Positions 1 through 7,910 of a stretch of 41,719 nt of DNA are shown here, one piece after another. The position numbers were made by a program, and so were the translations under genes. The notes under the pieces were generated by a model. That model ran no database searches and was not told the origin of the DNA. It saw only the letters and a program-made list of their open reading frames with translations. Origin of the DNA: Candidatus Nanohalalkaliarchaeum halalkaliphilum (GTDB taxonomy: Archaea > Nanohalarchaeota > Nanosalinia > Nanosalinales > Nanohalalkaliarchaeaceae); the NCBI GenBank assembly GCA_022729315.1, contig JALDAF010000003.1, positions 1 through 41,719 of the forward strand, read 5' to 3'. How positions within the stretch are numbered: the stretch's first letter is position 1; each line of letters begins with the position of its first letter.

Positions 1-1
1 C

Positions 2-2173
2 GAACCGGAACCGGACCCGTACCTTGTCCGTGGCATAGTCGGAAACATCGATCGTCTCGTTCTGCCATCCCTCTGTTTCTCCCTGGTATTGTTCCAGTTC
101 ATCCCAGCCTGTCCCATCATCGATCTCTACGTATACATCATCATTATTCTGGACTTCAAGCCAGTGGGAATACGACAGTTCTGGGTCACTCACGTTGGAC
201 AGGTCGATCGGTGGCGTGACCAGGCTGCCGTTCTCCCGGTGCCCTGTCGCGTACCGGTACTCCTCCTCCAGTCCGAAGTACCATGCCATACCCTCCGACA
301 GGTACCGGTTATCGGTCCGGTACCACAGCCCGGTTCGTTCCTCCCAGACACCGAGATACGTGTCCCAGTATATGCCGGTACCGTTCGCTGAGGAGGTATG
401 GATACGTTCCCCGTTCAGGTAGATCGTGGCGTTCCCCGCGTACCGGAAGTACGGGTGAGGATTGAAGAAGTCGTCAGGATCATAATCGAACGTCTTCCGG
501 AACCGGAACACGTCTGTGTCCTCGTCTCCAGCCTGTGTAACCGCATTGCCGCCGTATCCGAGTGGTGCTGTACCGCTACTCCAGTTCCCATCATCGTATG
601 CCGGATCCATCCAGTCCCCGTCCACATCGGACACGTTGTACCGCCACGTACCCTGTTCTGCGAATACGGTATGGTGGATCGGCCGGGTTATCAACGTGTT
701 CAACCCTTTCAGGATACCGCAACCCACACAGGTTCCACCGCCAGCCCGGTAGTCTTCGATCGTCTCATGCAGCGTCTCATTATCATGTGTTAACCGTTCC
801 CGTTCCACGATGAAGTCGTTGAACGCGTTCAGTCCACCACGGGCATCCGGCGTATCCATGATGACGTCCACGAACGTGTGGGTACCGTCCCGGGCCTCAT
901 CGATCTTCCCGTGGCTGGACATGGAACCCGCAACAGATGTCGCGGCCACGGCATCGATCGCTCCGGCTTCTCCCTGCAGTAAGCTTTCATGTTCAACACC
1001 GACACGGTACGGCGTGGTCTGCCCGCTTAACTGTGCATAGGAAAGTCCTGCCTCCGTCACGTTCCCATGTATCGTATCGTTCGTCAGGTCGACCGTGGTA
1101 TGCCCGTCGGCCTCTGCTTCGTATACGGTGGCGTTCCCGATGGATACAAAGATTGTGCCGACATCCGCAGTATAGTTCAGGAAGCCCTCCACCCCCTGTA
1201 ACGTTCCAGGCACGTGGAACGCGGAGTACAGGTTGATCACACCGTCGATCCCCGGAAGCCGCTCATGGTCGATATGATGGTCTCCCCGTGCAACAGCACC
1301 AGTCGTCTTATTATGTTTGATATTCACGAACCCGCCGCTGACACTGCTTCGGTTCTGCCAGGCGAACTCGAACCGGATCAGGTTGTCACCGTCCTCCAGT
1401 GCGTCACACCGCTCCGGGTGTACCTCGGTGGAGCAGATGTGGAACTCGTCCGCACTCAGATTTCCGGTATCTGGCGCGTACGTCCCGGATTCCACGTCGT
1501 TGATCTTCAGATCAAATTCTCCTGCAAAATCGCCTTCGACCGTAATGTTCTGTACCGTGTCCAGATCTGGGAGGGATGCGTTCAGTGTCAGGTTTCCGTC
1601 CCCAACGTATCCACCGAAACACAGGTTCTTCTCATCGAACGCGGTTGCCTCTGTTAACTGGGCGCGGGCGATGTGTCCTGCGGTCGGCTGATCCCGTGAT
1701 ACACCGGATATCATCCGGGTTGCCCGGGACACCATCGCCTGGTCCGCTGCAAGGAGGCTGGTGTTGTACACGGGGGAGATCTCACCGTCATCCATCGTCA
1801 CCCGGTACTCGTACCCGTCCGGTATGATCGTGTCGAAGAACATCCGCGTCAGGTTTTGCGCCTCAGCCGTTTCGTTGGACGCCCACAGCACAGCGATCGC
1901 ATCAAGCACCGGCTTGTCAAGGTCTGCCTCCTCCATCTCTGTCTGTTCCACGAAATAAACCTGCTCATCCACAGTCAGCATATCCCGGGCGTGTTGCCGG
2001 GACGCCACCTGCATCGCGCTTTCAGCAGTGGCATCGGCCTCGACGGATTCCTGGGTTGTCGCAGCCAGTTCATGCATGGTCTGCGGGTTAGCGGTGAGGA
2101 TAAGCGCGAACGCAACCGAAATCAGCGTCAATGCCATAACCGCGTCAAATGAGAAGTAGAATCCCTTCCTCAT
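2..2173 (-). CDS. Large exported pilin-signal adhesin with vWA-like and beta-sandwich domains (3' end runs off the window)
   Basis: Not in the ORF track; translated by hand from ATG at 2173 with no stop to the window edge. MRKG/FYFSFDAVMALTLISVAFALIL is a class III-like signal. vWA-like segment DAVAATSVAGSM...KIDEARDGTHTFVD...GGGTCVGCGI. Then WMDPAYDDGNWSSGTAPLGYG and SLVTPPIDLSNVSDPELSYSHW...VRVRFRF beta-sandwich modules. ATGA overlap with the upstream gene. Confidence 0.8.
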   Translation of the reverse strand, partial: MRKGFYFSFDAVMALTLISVAFALILTANPQTMHELAATTQESVEADATAESAMQVASRQHARDMLTVDEQVYFVEQTEMEEADLDKPVLDAIAVLWASNETAEAQNLTRMFFDTIIPDGYEYRVTMDDGEISPVYNTSLLAADQAMVSRATRMISGVSRDQPTAGHIARAQLTEATAFDEKNLCFGGYVGDGNLTLNASLPDLDTVQNITVEGDFAGEFDLKINDVESGTYAPDTGNLSADEFHICSTEVHPERCDALEDGDNLIRFEFAWQNRSSVSGGFVNIKHNKTTGAVARGDHHIDHERLPGIDGVINLYSAFHVPGTLQGVEGFLNYTADVGTIFVSIGNATVYEAEADGHTTVDLTNDTIHGNVTEAGLSYAQLSGQTTPYRVGVEHESLLQGEAGAIDAVAATSVAGSMSSHGKIDEARDGTHTFVDVIMDTPDARGGLNAFNDFIVERERLTHDNETLHETIEDYRAGGGTCVGCGILKGLNTLITRPIHHTVFAEQGTWRYNVSDVDGDWMDPAYDDGNWSSGTAPLGYGGNAVTQAGDEDTDVFRFRKTFDYDPDDFFNPHPYFRYAGNATIYLNGERIHTSSANGTGIYWDTYLGVWEERTGLWYRTDNRYLSEGMAWYFGLEEEYRYATGHRENGSLVTPPIDLSNVSDPELSYSHWLEVQNNDDVYVEIDDGTGWDELEQYQGETEGWQNETIDVSDYATDKVRVRFRF

Positions 2174-2682
2174 CGCCACAGCAGTATATGTAACGTACCT
2201 CGTTGATATAGGTTTGTAGCGTTTACCAGGACCGGCCGCTCCGCCGTGGCAATATCATCAGCATCGGTGGGGGGTGTTCCCCACACAAACTCGTTTCCCT
2301 CCGCCTGCATCGTCCCGGTCTCGTTCGTCACGTTGATCACGAAGTTCGTCTCACTACTGTATCCAAGTCCCTGCCGTATCTCATCCGTGCTCATATCGTT
2401 CAGCTGTATCATTTTCTGTTCCTGTAGCACGTGGTCAGGTTCGGCAAGACCGATGATCTTCACGTCATCAACGGTCCAGTTGGCAGGGTATCCAGGTGTC
2501 CGCGCCAGTATACTGGCACTGTGATGTGACTGCTGTTGGAGCAGCCGCTCCTCACTCAAGCCGGTCTGCTGGTTGTGCGCCTCGATCCACAGCAGGTATG
2601 ACGCATTCACCAGTACCAGGAACAGGAAGATGCTGATAACAAAATCGGTTGTAAAGATCTGTCCGATCCGGTTACTCGACAT
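2170..2682 (-). CDS. Class III signal peptide (pilin-like) protein
   Basis: MSSNRIG/QIFTTDFVISIFLFLVLV: G/Q cleavage-like site plus hydrophobic helix; TPGYPANW motif. Start trimmed to ATG 2682. Confidence 0.75.
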   Translation of the reverse strand: MSSNRIGQIFTTDFVISIFLFLVLVNASYLLWIEAHNQQTGLSEERLLQQQSHHSASILARTPGYPANWTVDDVKIIGLAEPDHVLQEQKMIQLNDMSTDEIRQGLGYSSETNFVINVTNETGTMQAEGNEFVWGTPPTDADDIATAERPVLVNATNLYQRGTLHILLWR

Positions 2683-3088
2683 AGAGTTCCCCCTCCTGGT
2701 TCGATATCCGGTTCTCCCCTGGCACGATATCGCCGTTAACCGTGTCAACGATAGCATCCCGGTACAGGTTCCTGCCATCCCAGGACACGACCAGTGTCCC
2801 ATCAACAATATCTATACTGTACTCGTTCCCCCGCAGCTCACCGGGTAACGTGAAGTTTCGCGAGTACCCATCCCCCTGCAGCAACGCCATCCGTATCTCG
2901 AACACCGCATCGTTCGCGATCTCCTCCGCAGTCAACGACGCCTGATGCTGCTGGACCGCTATCTGCCGGTCGGCAAACGCCGTGTAAAACGCTGTGAACA
3001 CGATCATCACAAATATCAGCATCACCATAAACTCCAGCGAGGTCTGTCCACAGCCCCTGAACGCCTTACTCCATCTGTATCGTGACAT
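2672..3088 (-). CDS. Class III signal peptide (minor pilin-like) protein
   Basis: RGCG/QTSLEFMVMLIFVMIVF: G-Q-x-x-x-E type IV prepilin pattern; overlaps both neighbours. Start uncertain. Confidence 0.8.
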   Translation of the reverse strand: MSRYRWSKAFRGCGQTSLEFMVMLIFVMIVFTAFYTAFADRQIAVQQHQASLTAEEIANDAVFEIRMALLQGDGYSRNFTLPGELRGNEYSIDIVDGTLVVSWDGRNLYRDAIVDTVNGDIVPGENRISNQEGELYVE

Positions 3089-3485
3089 TGGTCCTGCCTT
3101 CAGCCTCCGCAACCAGCCTGTATCGTCCGGGATCCTCCGGTAACTCCCCGCTCACGTTGAACGGGAAGGTCCGCACGAAATCGGTCCTCCCCCGCATCCC
3201 CTCGTACTGCACAACCGCGTACTGGTTTTCGATCGTCGTGTTCACCACGCCGTTCGGCACCTCCACCTGGAACGTGATCCGTGCCGGCTCCCCCTGCGCA
3301 TAGACCAGCATACTGGCCTCCTCGATCGTGTCAAGCATGTTAACCACTTTCAGCTGATCGGTGGACTCCTGCAGCCCGATCGTGGACTGCTGCGCCTCGA
3401 TCAGGAGCGGTGCAGAGATCAGTAACAGAAACCCGATAAGTGCAAGATACTCGATCGCTGCCTGACCCTGCCGCCCCTGACACAT
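3066..3485 (-). CDS. Class III signal peptide (minor pilin-like) protein
   Basis: RQG/QAAIEYLALIGFLLLI prepilin motif with Glu at +5; first gene of the operon. Confidence 0.85.
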   Translation of the reverse strand: MCQGRQGQAAIEYLALIGFLLLISAPLLIEAQQSTIGLQESTDQLKVVNMLDTIEEASMLVYAQGEPARITFQVEVPNGVVNTTIENQYAVVQYEGMRGRTDFVRTFPFNVSGELPEDPGRYRLVAEAEGRTNVTIQME

Positions 3486-3591
3486 ACTAAAGACAATAGC
3501 GTTTCCCGGGTTTAAAGCTATCTCCTACTCCCCGCTGGAAAAGCTGCGTGTACGGCAAGCCTATAAATGAATTCGTCCCCGACACACAGGT

Positions 3592-4404
3592 ATGGAGCTG
3601 TTTATACCTTCAACATACGCCATCAATGAACGCGACGAACGGTTACTGGTGCAGCGTATCGGCAACCTGGCCCGGACCGCCGCTATCTTCGGCGTCGATA
3701 CTGTGACAGTCTACATGGATGAAGATCCGAAGGCCGACGAGAAACGGAACGCCGAACTCATGGAAAAATACCTGGAATACGCGGAAACCCCGCCGTACCT
3801 CCGGAAAGCACTGATCCCGCACGACCCGGACCTGCAGTATGCGAACGTCATGCCACCACTCCAGATCATCTCCCACGGCTACGAGGACCGGTTCCGTGAG
3901 GGAGCGATAATCGACACGGACGACCAGTCCGTGACGATCAATGCAGGGCTGGACGACCCTATCACGATCCCGGTACCGGCCGACATGAGGATCGAGGAAG
4001 GTTCCCGCGTCACACTCATGGACACGGAGGAGGGATGGGAGCTCATCGACCACCAGGGCATAGACGGATTCTGGACGTTCAACATCCGGAACGAACGGAG
4101 AAGCCTCGGCGAACTCCTTGAGGAGACGCCACGACCGGTGATCGGTACCTCGGCCAAAGGCGAACCCCTCCACAGGTTCAGCGAGTCCGGGCACGTAGAT
4201 CAGGACATCGCTCTCGTGTTCGGAAGCGCCTGGCGTGGCATCTACGAGCTGATCGACCGCGGTGACTGCAGTGAAGACCAGTTCGACGGCATATACAATG
4301 TCATCCCGGGCCAGCACACGAAAACCGTCCGCACCAGCGAAGCCGTTCCGATCGTGCTCGGTGTCATCAACGCGTTCCGCCACACCGGCAGCGAAGGTGC
4401 ATAA
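3592..4404 (+). CDS. SPOUT-family putative RNA methyltransferase (DUF171/MTH1-like)
   Basis: IGNLARTAAIFGVD, YAETPPYLRKAL, VIGTSAKG, LVFGSAWRGI, NVIPGQHTKTVRTSEA knot motifs. Confidence 0.9.
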   Translation: MELFIPSTYAINERDERLLVQRIGNLARTAAIFGVDTVTVYMDEDPKADEKRNAELMEKYLEYAETPPYLRKALIPHDPDLQYANVMPPLQIISHGYEDRFREGAIIDTDDQSVTINAGLDDPITIPVPADMRIEEGSRVTLMDTEEGWELIDHQGIDGFWTFNIRNERRSLGELLEETPRPVIGTSAKGEPLHRFSESGHVDQDIALVFGSAWRGIYELIDRGDCSEDQFDGIYNVIPGQHTKTVRTSEAVPIVLGVINAFRHTGSEGA

Positions 4405-4407
4405 CCA

Positions 4408-5247
4408 GTGAACGTCTGCGTCATCGGTGGCCGTGGCTTTGTCGGATCCGCTGTCACGGACCGGCTGGAGGAGAGCGGGCACGATGTGACCACGATGGAT
4501 CCGCAGGTCGGCGGCCAAAACCATATCAGTGCCAGCATCCTCTCAGAAGACCTTGACGAACACCTGGACGGGTTCGATGCGGTCGTCAACCTTGTCGGCC
4601 TTTCTCCGATGACACCGCCTCTCAGGGGAGGATACCGTGACCTGCACGTGGCAGGAGCAGAGAACGTGGTCGGTGCCTGCGAATCGAACGATGTTGAGCG
4701 ACTGGTGCATATGAGCGCGCTCGGCGCCGACCCGGATTCGAACATCCTATTCCTGAAAACGAAGGGGATGGGAGAGGAGGCCGTGCTCTCATCGGATCTG
4801 GACGTTACCGTGTTCAAGCCGTCTGTCATCTACGATCACGGGAACGAACTGGTGGAGTACGCGAAACTGTTTGCACCGACCAGGCTGTTCCCCCGGCTCC
4901 CGACACCGGTCCAGCCAATATACCGTGGAGACGTTGCAGAACTGTTTGCACGGACCGTTGAAGACGATATCGAGGAAGAGGTACTGGAGATCGGTGGGCC
5001 GGACACGATGACCATGTCAGGTTTTGTTGAGCAGGTGTACAATGCGTACGGATACCGCTGCTACCAGGTGCCGATGCTTCCGTTGATGAAACTTGGGCTT
5101 ACCATCATGGAGTACGTTCCGTTTGCCCCGTGGGGACGGGACCAGAAACGGTTCCTGGACTTCGATAATACGATCGATGGAAAGAATGGGGCCGATCCGT
5201 ACGTGGACCTCACCCGGTTCACGGACTGGGTCAGGGACGCATTCTAA
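4408..5247 (+). CDS. NAD(P)-binding atypical SDR (NDUFA9-like epimerase/dehydratase family)
   Basis: VIGGRGFVG Rossmann motif, AVVNLVG, LVHMSALGA, TKGMGE, FKPSVIY, QPIYRGDVA. Confidence 0.85.
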   Translation: MNVCVIGGRGFVGSAVTDRLEESGHDVTTMDPQVGGQNHISASILSEDLDEHLDGFDAVVNLVGLSPMTPPLRGGYRDLHVAGAENVVGACESNDVERLVHMSALGADPDSNILFLKTKGMGEEAVLSSDLDVTVFKPSVIYDHGNELVEYAKLFAPTRLFPRLPTPVQPIYRGDVAELFARTVEDDIEEEVLEIGGPDTMTMSGFVEQVYNAYGYRCYQVPMLPLMKLGLTIMEYVPFAPWGRDQKRFLDFDNTIDGKNGADPYVDLTRFTDWVRDAF

Positions 5248-5261
5248 CGTGTACCTGTTAT

Positions 5262-5477
5262 TCAGGAGAACGGGTTCGGCAACCGTTCATATACCTGCAG
5301 TGCGCGCTCCCGGAGTTCTTCACGGTTCCAGTACAGCATCGCCGCTACAAACACGACAAGAAACACGTAGACCACAACACCATCCCACATCACGGGACAT
5401 CCCTCTGAACGGGTGCATTCCTGGCCGGTCATCCACCCGAACCAGGTGTTCCACGTATCCGGATCGATCCGGGTCAT
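5262..5477 (-). CDS. Small single-pass membrane protein
   Basis: MTRIDPDTWNTWFGW...WDGVVVYVFLVVFVAAMLYWNREELRER; fills the gap between two genes. Alternative start at 5390. Confidence 0.55.
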   Translation of the reverse strand: MTRIDPDTWNTWFGWMTGQECTRSEGCPVMWDGVVVYVFLVVFVAAMLYWNREELRERALQVYERLPNPFS

Positions 5478-5520
5478 GGTTGTAGGTAGTGCGCCACTGC
5501 TCAAAAAGGTGTTGTTCCCC

Positions 5521-6105
5521 TCAGGAGGAGAACCGATCAACGACTTCGCGAATCGTTGCGTCTGCAAACGTCCGTTCATACAACTCCTGCAGGTACCTGA
5601 AGGTGTGCGTATCAGCCTCCGGATCATCCCCGAACGAATCGTACACTGTGTACGCGGTTTCCAGATGGTCAGCAGCGTGGTCACCAAACGAATAGTCTTT
5701 TGACACACCCGTTAGTGCTCGCTCGCGCCTTATATCGCTATCAAGGCCCTCAGTCTTCAGCAGGTCGTAGAAGGTGGCGGTTGCCTCTTCTACCGCGTTG
5801 ACTTCTGGATGGTGAGTCTGCACTATGATATCCCTGAAGGTATCAGCATCGTCACTATAACACTTGTGGATGAGTTCATGGCCCAGTATCGCCTGTTGCC
5901 ACTCATCACCGTATCTGTCAAACCGAGAGTTGACGTATACCCTGTCCGTCACCCGGTTATAATATGCTTCCGCGGAATCCCCTGTTACCGTTTTCAAAAA
6001 CCACATATTGCTGTGGGCAACCCGCGGCAGCTCTGCAAGTTCGAACCCGTACCGTGCAAGGTCGTCCCGTGCAGAGACCGTTGCTGCGTACAGGTCTGGA
6101 TCCAT
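5521..6105 (-). CDS. Hypothetical zincin-like metallopeptidase
   Basis: AILGHELIH (HExxH) with downstream VEEATA third-ligand-like Glu; acidic composition. Confidence 0.6.
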   Translation of the reverse strand: MDPDLYAATVSARDDLARYGFELAELPRVAHSNMWFLKTVTGDSAEAYYNRVTDRVYVNSRFDRYGDEWQQAILGHELIHKCYSDDADTFRDIIVQTHHPEVNAVEEATATFYDLLKTEGLDSDIRRERALTGVSKDYSFGDHAADHLETAYTVYDSFGDDPEADTHTFRYLQELYERTFADATIREVVDRFSS

Positions 6106-6178
6106 GATCTGTTCACCACCGGATGGGCGAGAAAGAGAAAAAATCAGCGTAAGGGGAGGAACGTTCCCCGTGCTGAGT

Positions 6179-6670
6179 TTACGCGATGTGGTACTCGTCT
6201 ACGCGCTCATAGTCGTGGATCTCGTCCTCATCGAACCAGATGCCGACCTCTTCCTCTGCTTCTTCCGGGTTGCCGGAGGCGTGGATCACGTTCTTCACTG
6301 CCACACCTTTCTCGTCCGCGTGCTCGTAGCTCATGTGGGTGAAGTCTCCGCGGATCGTGCCCGGCATCGCGGACCGGGGTTCGGTCTCTCCTACAAGTTT
6401 CCGGACGTTCTCCACCGCGTTCACACCTTCAAGGACGCCGGCAACGATCGGTCCTTCCTTCATGAACGAGGCCAGGCCCTCGTAGAAGTCCTTGTCAACG
6501 TGTTCACTGTAGTGTTCTTCCAGGATGTTGTCAGTCGCCTGCACCATCTTCAACGCGGCAACACGGAGACCTGCCCGCTCAAAACGGTGCATGATCTCGC
6601 CCATGATCCCGCGCTGCACAGCATCCGGTTTAAACGCGATAAACGTCCGTTCGATCGTATCTTCTGTCAT
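6179..6670 (-). CDS. ndk: Nucleoside diphosphate kinase
   Basis: ERTFIAFKPDAVQRG, PGTIRGDF, NVIHASG catalytic His motif. Confidence 0.98.
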   Translation of the reverse strand: MTEDTIERTFIAFKPDAVQRGIMGEIMHRFERAGLRVAALKMVQATDNILEEHYSEHVDKDFYEGLASFMKEGPIVAGVLEGVNAVENVRKLVGETEPRSAMPGTIRGDFTHMSYEHADEKGVAVKNVIHASGNPEEAEEEVGIWFDEDEIHDYERVDEYHIA

Positions 6671-6732
6671 TGGGTATCACGATACGAGCTGTACTGCCGA
6701 TATTTAAAAATATCTCGGCGAACAGTTCCGCT

Positions 6733-7290
6733 ATGACCGGTACTGAAACGGTAGATCATGATGTGGAGATCGACGTGGCGATGGCGGTGACCCGTGACAC
6801 GGAGACAGGCCAGTATCTGATCATCAGGAAGCACCAGGATTACCGGGCATCAGACGAAGCGGAGTCAGGTGGCCGGTACGACCGTACGCCCTGGGAGGTA
6901 CCGGGCGGTAAGATTGCGGCAGAGGATTTTGAAGCATACGATCTTGGTAAGGACGATTATGGACACGGCACGTACCATGAAGCTGCTGAGGGGCGTGTCG
7001 TGGAGCATGCTGCTCGCCGGGAACTTGAAGAGGAAACCGGGTTAGACGGCACAGTTCTCCGGACAGCGGCCCCGTACCACGTTGTTCAGGAGGATGGTGA
7101 CACGGTGAAGGATATCTACTTCTATCCTGTCCTGCTGGCGGCGGATATAGACACGCCATCCATCAGGACATACATGAACGGTCTGACCGATCCAGAGCAT
7201 GACGGCGTCGAAACAGGTGATGTAGCAGCAATCCAGAAGCGGTTGACACAAAACGAGATGCAGGCGTTCAAAGACCTTAAACTGGAGTAA
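6733..7290 (+). CDS. Nudix hydrolase with an insertion in the Nudix box
   Basis: WEVPGGKI...AARRELEEETGL; start ATG 6733 about 25 nt after the TATA-like box. Confidence 0.85.
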   Translation: MTGTETVDHDVEIDVAMAVTRDTETGQYLIIRKHQDYRASDEAESGGRYDRTPWEVPGGKIAAEDFEAYDLGKDDYGHGTYHEAAEGRVVEHAARRELEEETGLDGTVLRTAAPYHVVQEDGDTVKDIYFYPVLLAADIDTPSIRTYMNGLTDPEHDGVETGDVAAIQKRLTQNEMQAFKDLKLE

Positions 7291-7305
7291 CCGGTGCGTG
7301 ATAGT

Positions 7306-7737
7306 CTACTCCCAGTGTGTGACGTCACGGAACGTTGCTTCACAGGTCAGCAGTGTGAAGTCCTCGTGTGCTGCCTCCCAGTCCGCACAGGTCTGGCCGT
7401 CATGTTCCGCATCTCCATGGTCTGTCCAGTCCAGACCGTCCATTTCCGGGTTGGCGTTACACAGACCCTGCGCTGTCACAGCGCACTCTGCCTCCGCAGT
7501 CTGCCATTCCTCCGCCTCGTCAGGATGGATGCAGTGCGTGTCTAGGTGTTCGATGCCGATGCAGACACCGCTGACCTCGTATCCGGAGCATTCGATAGAT
7601 GTCTCGCAGTAGCCGATGGAGAACGTATCATCTTCGGTCATCGTGTAATTGTGGTATGCACCAGCAACGGCGATGAAAGCGATGATCAGAACCAGGTACT
7701 TCAGGTGAGGATCAACATCGTCCAGCGGCATACACAT
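7306..7737 (-). CDS. Membrane-anchored Cys-rich exported protein
   Basis: N-terminal TM helix LKYLVLIIAFIAVAGAY followed by an acidic domain with 8 Cys. Confidence 0.7.
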   Translation of the reverse strand: MCMPLDDVDPHLKYLVLIIAFIAVAGAYHNYTMTEDDTFSIGYCETSIECSGYEVSGVCIGIEHLDTHCIHPDEAEEWQTAEAECAVTAQGLCNANPEMDGLDWTDHGDAEHDGQTCADWEAAHEDFTLLTCEATFRDVTHWE

Positions 7738-7910
7738 TAAGCATATGATGCATATTCATAAAGGTTTAGCCGCTGATTCCCCGCCACGGTATTCGTCGGC
7801 GTATCCGGGTGCTGTCAGTGACATATAAAAACTGTTGTTGACGGGGGGGAAGGGAGGAGTTCCGGGTCCATCCAAAGCAGTTTTAACCCTTGACTGAGTA
7901 CGTATGTCAC

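Noticed and set aside
89-2152. Many plus-strand ORFs in the track
   Set aside because: Antisense shadows of the uninterrupted minus-strand adhesin frame; the same holds for long shadows such as 8687-9661, 31194-32315 and 40641-41648.
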